Origin: Lama glama
Taxonomy: Eukaryota
Direction: 5' to 3'
Length of the DNA stretch: 64,000 nt
NCBI GenBank assembly: GCA_028534125.1
Contig: CM052817.1
Coordinates: 22,508,001 to 22,572,000, forward strand
The notes under the pieces are model-generated. The model worked only from the letters and a program-made list of their open reading frames with translations. It had not been told where the DNA came from and did no database searches. This document shows positions 61,681 to 64,000 of the stretch, piece by piece (position 1 is the stretch's first letter; each line of letters starts with the position of its first letter). The translations under genes and the position numbers were made by a program.

Positions 61681-62367
61681 TCAGTTATTATGAGTAGCAG
61701 CTTTGCTCAGTAACTTCACACATATTAAAATGAATATGGAATCAAATATTTCTAGAATTTACCTATAAAATCTCTGCCTACAGACACTTGTCAGTGACCC
61801 CTTCAGGGTCTTGCCCATTACCCTCTCCTATTGAATTTCACTGAAAAAAGATGAAGTAGTACATTTTATCAGAAAAAACAACAAAAAGTAATTTTGGAAT
61901 ATTGCTAGTTAAAATATCAAAATTACTCATGCTTGAATTTAAGTTTATCCTTTCTTAATTGGATATGAGATTTTCCCCATTCTCAGTTTTAAATCATTTA
62001 TCTAAAATAATGAGATTTAAAACATTTTTCTACAAAAATATAACTTAACTTTCTTAATTATTTTTTACCACTCTGTGTTTGCCAAGGCCAAATTATTCAC
62101 AGCATGTAAATGTTCTAGTTTCAAAATAAGAGGTTAAATATTATAAAATAGAACAAGAAACCATCACAGAGAAAAATAATGTTTCTCATTAACCAGAAAT
62201 TAATATTTTTGATTCTGTTATAAATACTTCTACGGTAAATCAAAATAATTACATGCATTTTAAAATAAGTAGTTATATGTAAGTAATTAATAATTAAAGT
62301 ATTGACATATATATATGTTCATATCATCTGAGAGATTGTGATGAGTTCTTTGCATGAATTACTTTAT

Positions 62368-62867
62368 NNNNNNNNNNNNNNNNNNNNNNNNNNNNNNNNN
62401 NNNNNNNNNNNNNNNNNNNNNNNNNNNNNNNNNNNNNNNNNNNNNNNNNNNNNNNNNNNNNNNNNNNNNNNNNNNNNNNNNNNNNNNNNNNNNNNNNNNN
62501 NNNNNNNNNNNNNNNNNNNNNNNNNNNNNNNNNNNNNNNNNNNNNNNNNNNNNNNNNNNNNNNNNNNNNNNNNNNNNNNNNNNNNNNNNNNNNNNNNNNN
62601 NNNNNNNNNNNNNNNNNNNNNNNNNNNNNNNNNNNNNNNNNNNNNNNNNNNNNNNNNNNNNNNNNNNNNNNNNNNNNNNNNNNNNNNNNNNNNNNNNNNN
62701 NNNNNNNNNNNNNNNNNNNNNNNNNNNNNNNNNNNNNNNNNNNNNNNNNNNNNNNNNNNNNNNNNNNNNNNNNNNNNNNNNNNNNNNNNNNNNNNNNNNN
62801 NNNNNNNNNNNNNNNNNNNNNNNNNNNNNNNNNNNNNNNNNNNNNNNNNNNNNNNNNNNNNNNNNNN
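62368..62867. other. assembly gap (500 N)
   Basis: Exactly 500 N. Confidence 1.
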
Positions 62868-64000
62868 AAAAAAAGAAATGTATAGATAATTGTAACTACC
62901 TATAACATAATTTCAAAAATAATCAACATAATATTATAATACATATGAATGAGAAATAAAATCAAAGTCATAATAAATGATTCATATTAATTATTGTGCT
63001 TAGTTAAATAAAATATGCACTGATAATGAGTAGATATCCCTTTTTCTCTTTTCTATATGGAAAACATTTGAGTTCAAATATAAACTTTCTTTTCAGTGAA
63101 ACTTTTATGTTCTGTTCCAATAACTTGCAGAAGTGACACAGGCAGAAATGAACAGTTATTTTTCAGGAATTTTGGTCCTCACATACACACATATATTTAA
63201 TAATAGTTAAAGACTTTTTACAACTTACTGTTGACAAAAACTGTAAATTAAATAGGTGAAATTTCAGTGTGAGTTTCATGATTTTCAATTCTTTCCCAAA
63301 CATAATACAAAAATGTTTATTTAAGAGATTAATATTTAGTCCCTCTACTCTTACCAAGAATTTTACAACTCCTTTCTAAGGTTTTGGCTTACCAGCGTAA
63401 TTGAATTAAAATATTTTAATCACAAATTTTTTTCTTGTTATTTATTTTTAAGTAGACATTATGTAAGATTAATACAATTTTTCATTTGACCTTAAGTTGT
63501 GAATTACCTAAAGTTTTGATTCATTTAGTAGCCCCTCTCTTGGCTGAATGGAGGAGCTTATCAAATTTAGAAAAGTCATCTCAAAGAACTAATAAGTATT
63601 TGAATAATAATAATATTCTCTAAGGAATAGACTTTCATAGAAGTGAAGTGAGAAATATGAGCACAAATCAAATAAAACCTGAGCCCATCCATTTTTTTTC
63701 TTCTATTGCCTCACAGCAAACTACTACTATGCATAAAGTTCAAGACAAAGTAAAAGAAATGATGGTAATCATTTTTTCCTAAATAATTTGTAATTCAGGG
63801 TTGGGGGAAGGTGAATTTGCAGCCTGTTAGCTCTACTATAGCTTGGAGAAGTGACCCAGCTCCCTGGGCCAAGTTAAATTCTTACAGGTTGAGCAAGCAA
63901 TAGGTTAGCAAATGGAAGAGACAGACAGCTCTGATGGCCCCAAACTCAAGTTCTGTTTCTAACTCAATCTCTTATTAGCTCAACAAATTTCTCAAATTCT

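Overview
This is AT-rich, CpG-poor mammalian genomic DNA, not prokaryotic. Two tRNA(Ala)-like SINEs of the camelid vic-1 type point to a camelid host (alpaca/llama/camel). I find no convincing protein-coding exon, RNA gene, CpG island or CRISPR array. The longer ORFs in the track are LINE-1 ORF2 relics, ORFs running through N-gaps, or chance ORFs. The window looks like a gene desert or large intron layered with transposon fossils: L1 (young TSD-flanked, L1MC1, L1MA/MB, L1ME), HAL1, L2, L3/CR1, MIR, an ERVL pol relic with LTR16, a solo LTR16, MLT1 LTRs and MLT1 internal sequence, and MER3, MER91-like and Tigger2-derived MITEs. Three gaps of exactly 500 N split it into four contigs. Family names come from recalled consensus motifs, not a database search. 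I could not support a new biological system. The best leads are a TSD-bounded L1 with a non-L1 segment in place of its 3' UTR, a tail-to-tail L2 hairpin resembling L2-derived miRNA loci, a candidate non-coding exon, and two motif-dense unique segments.
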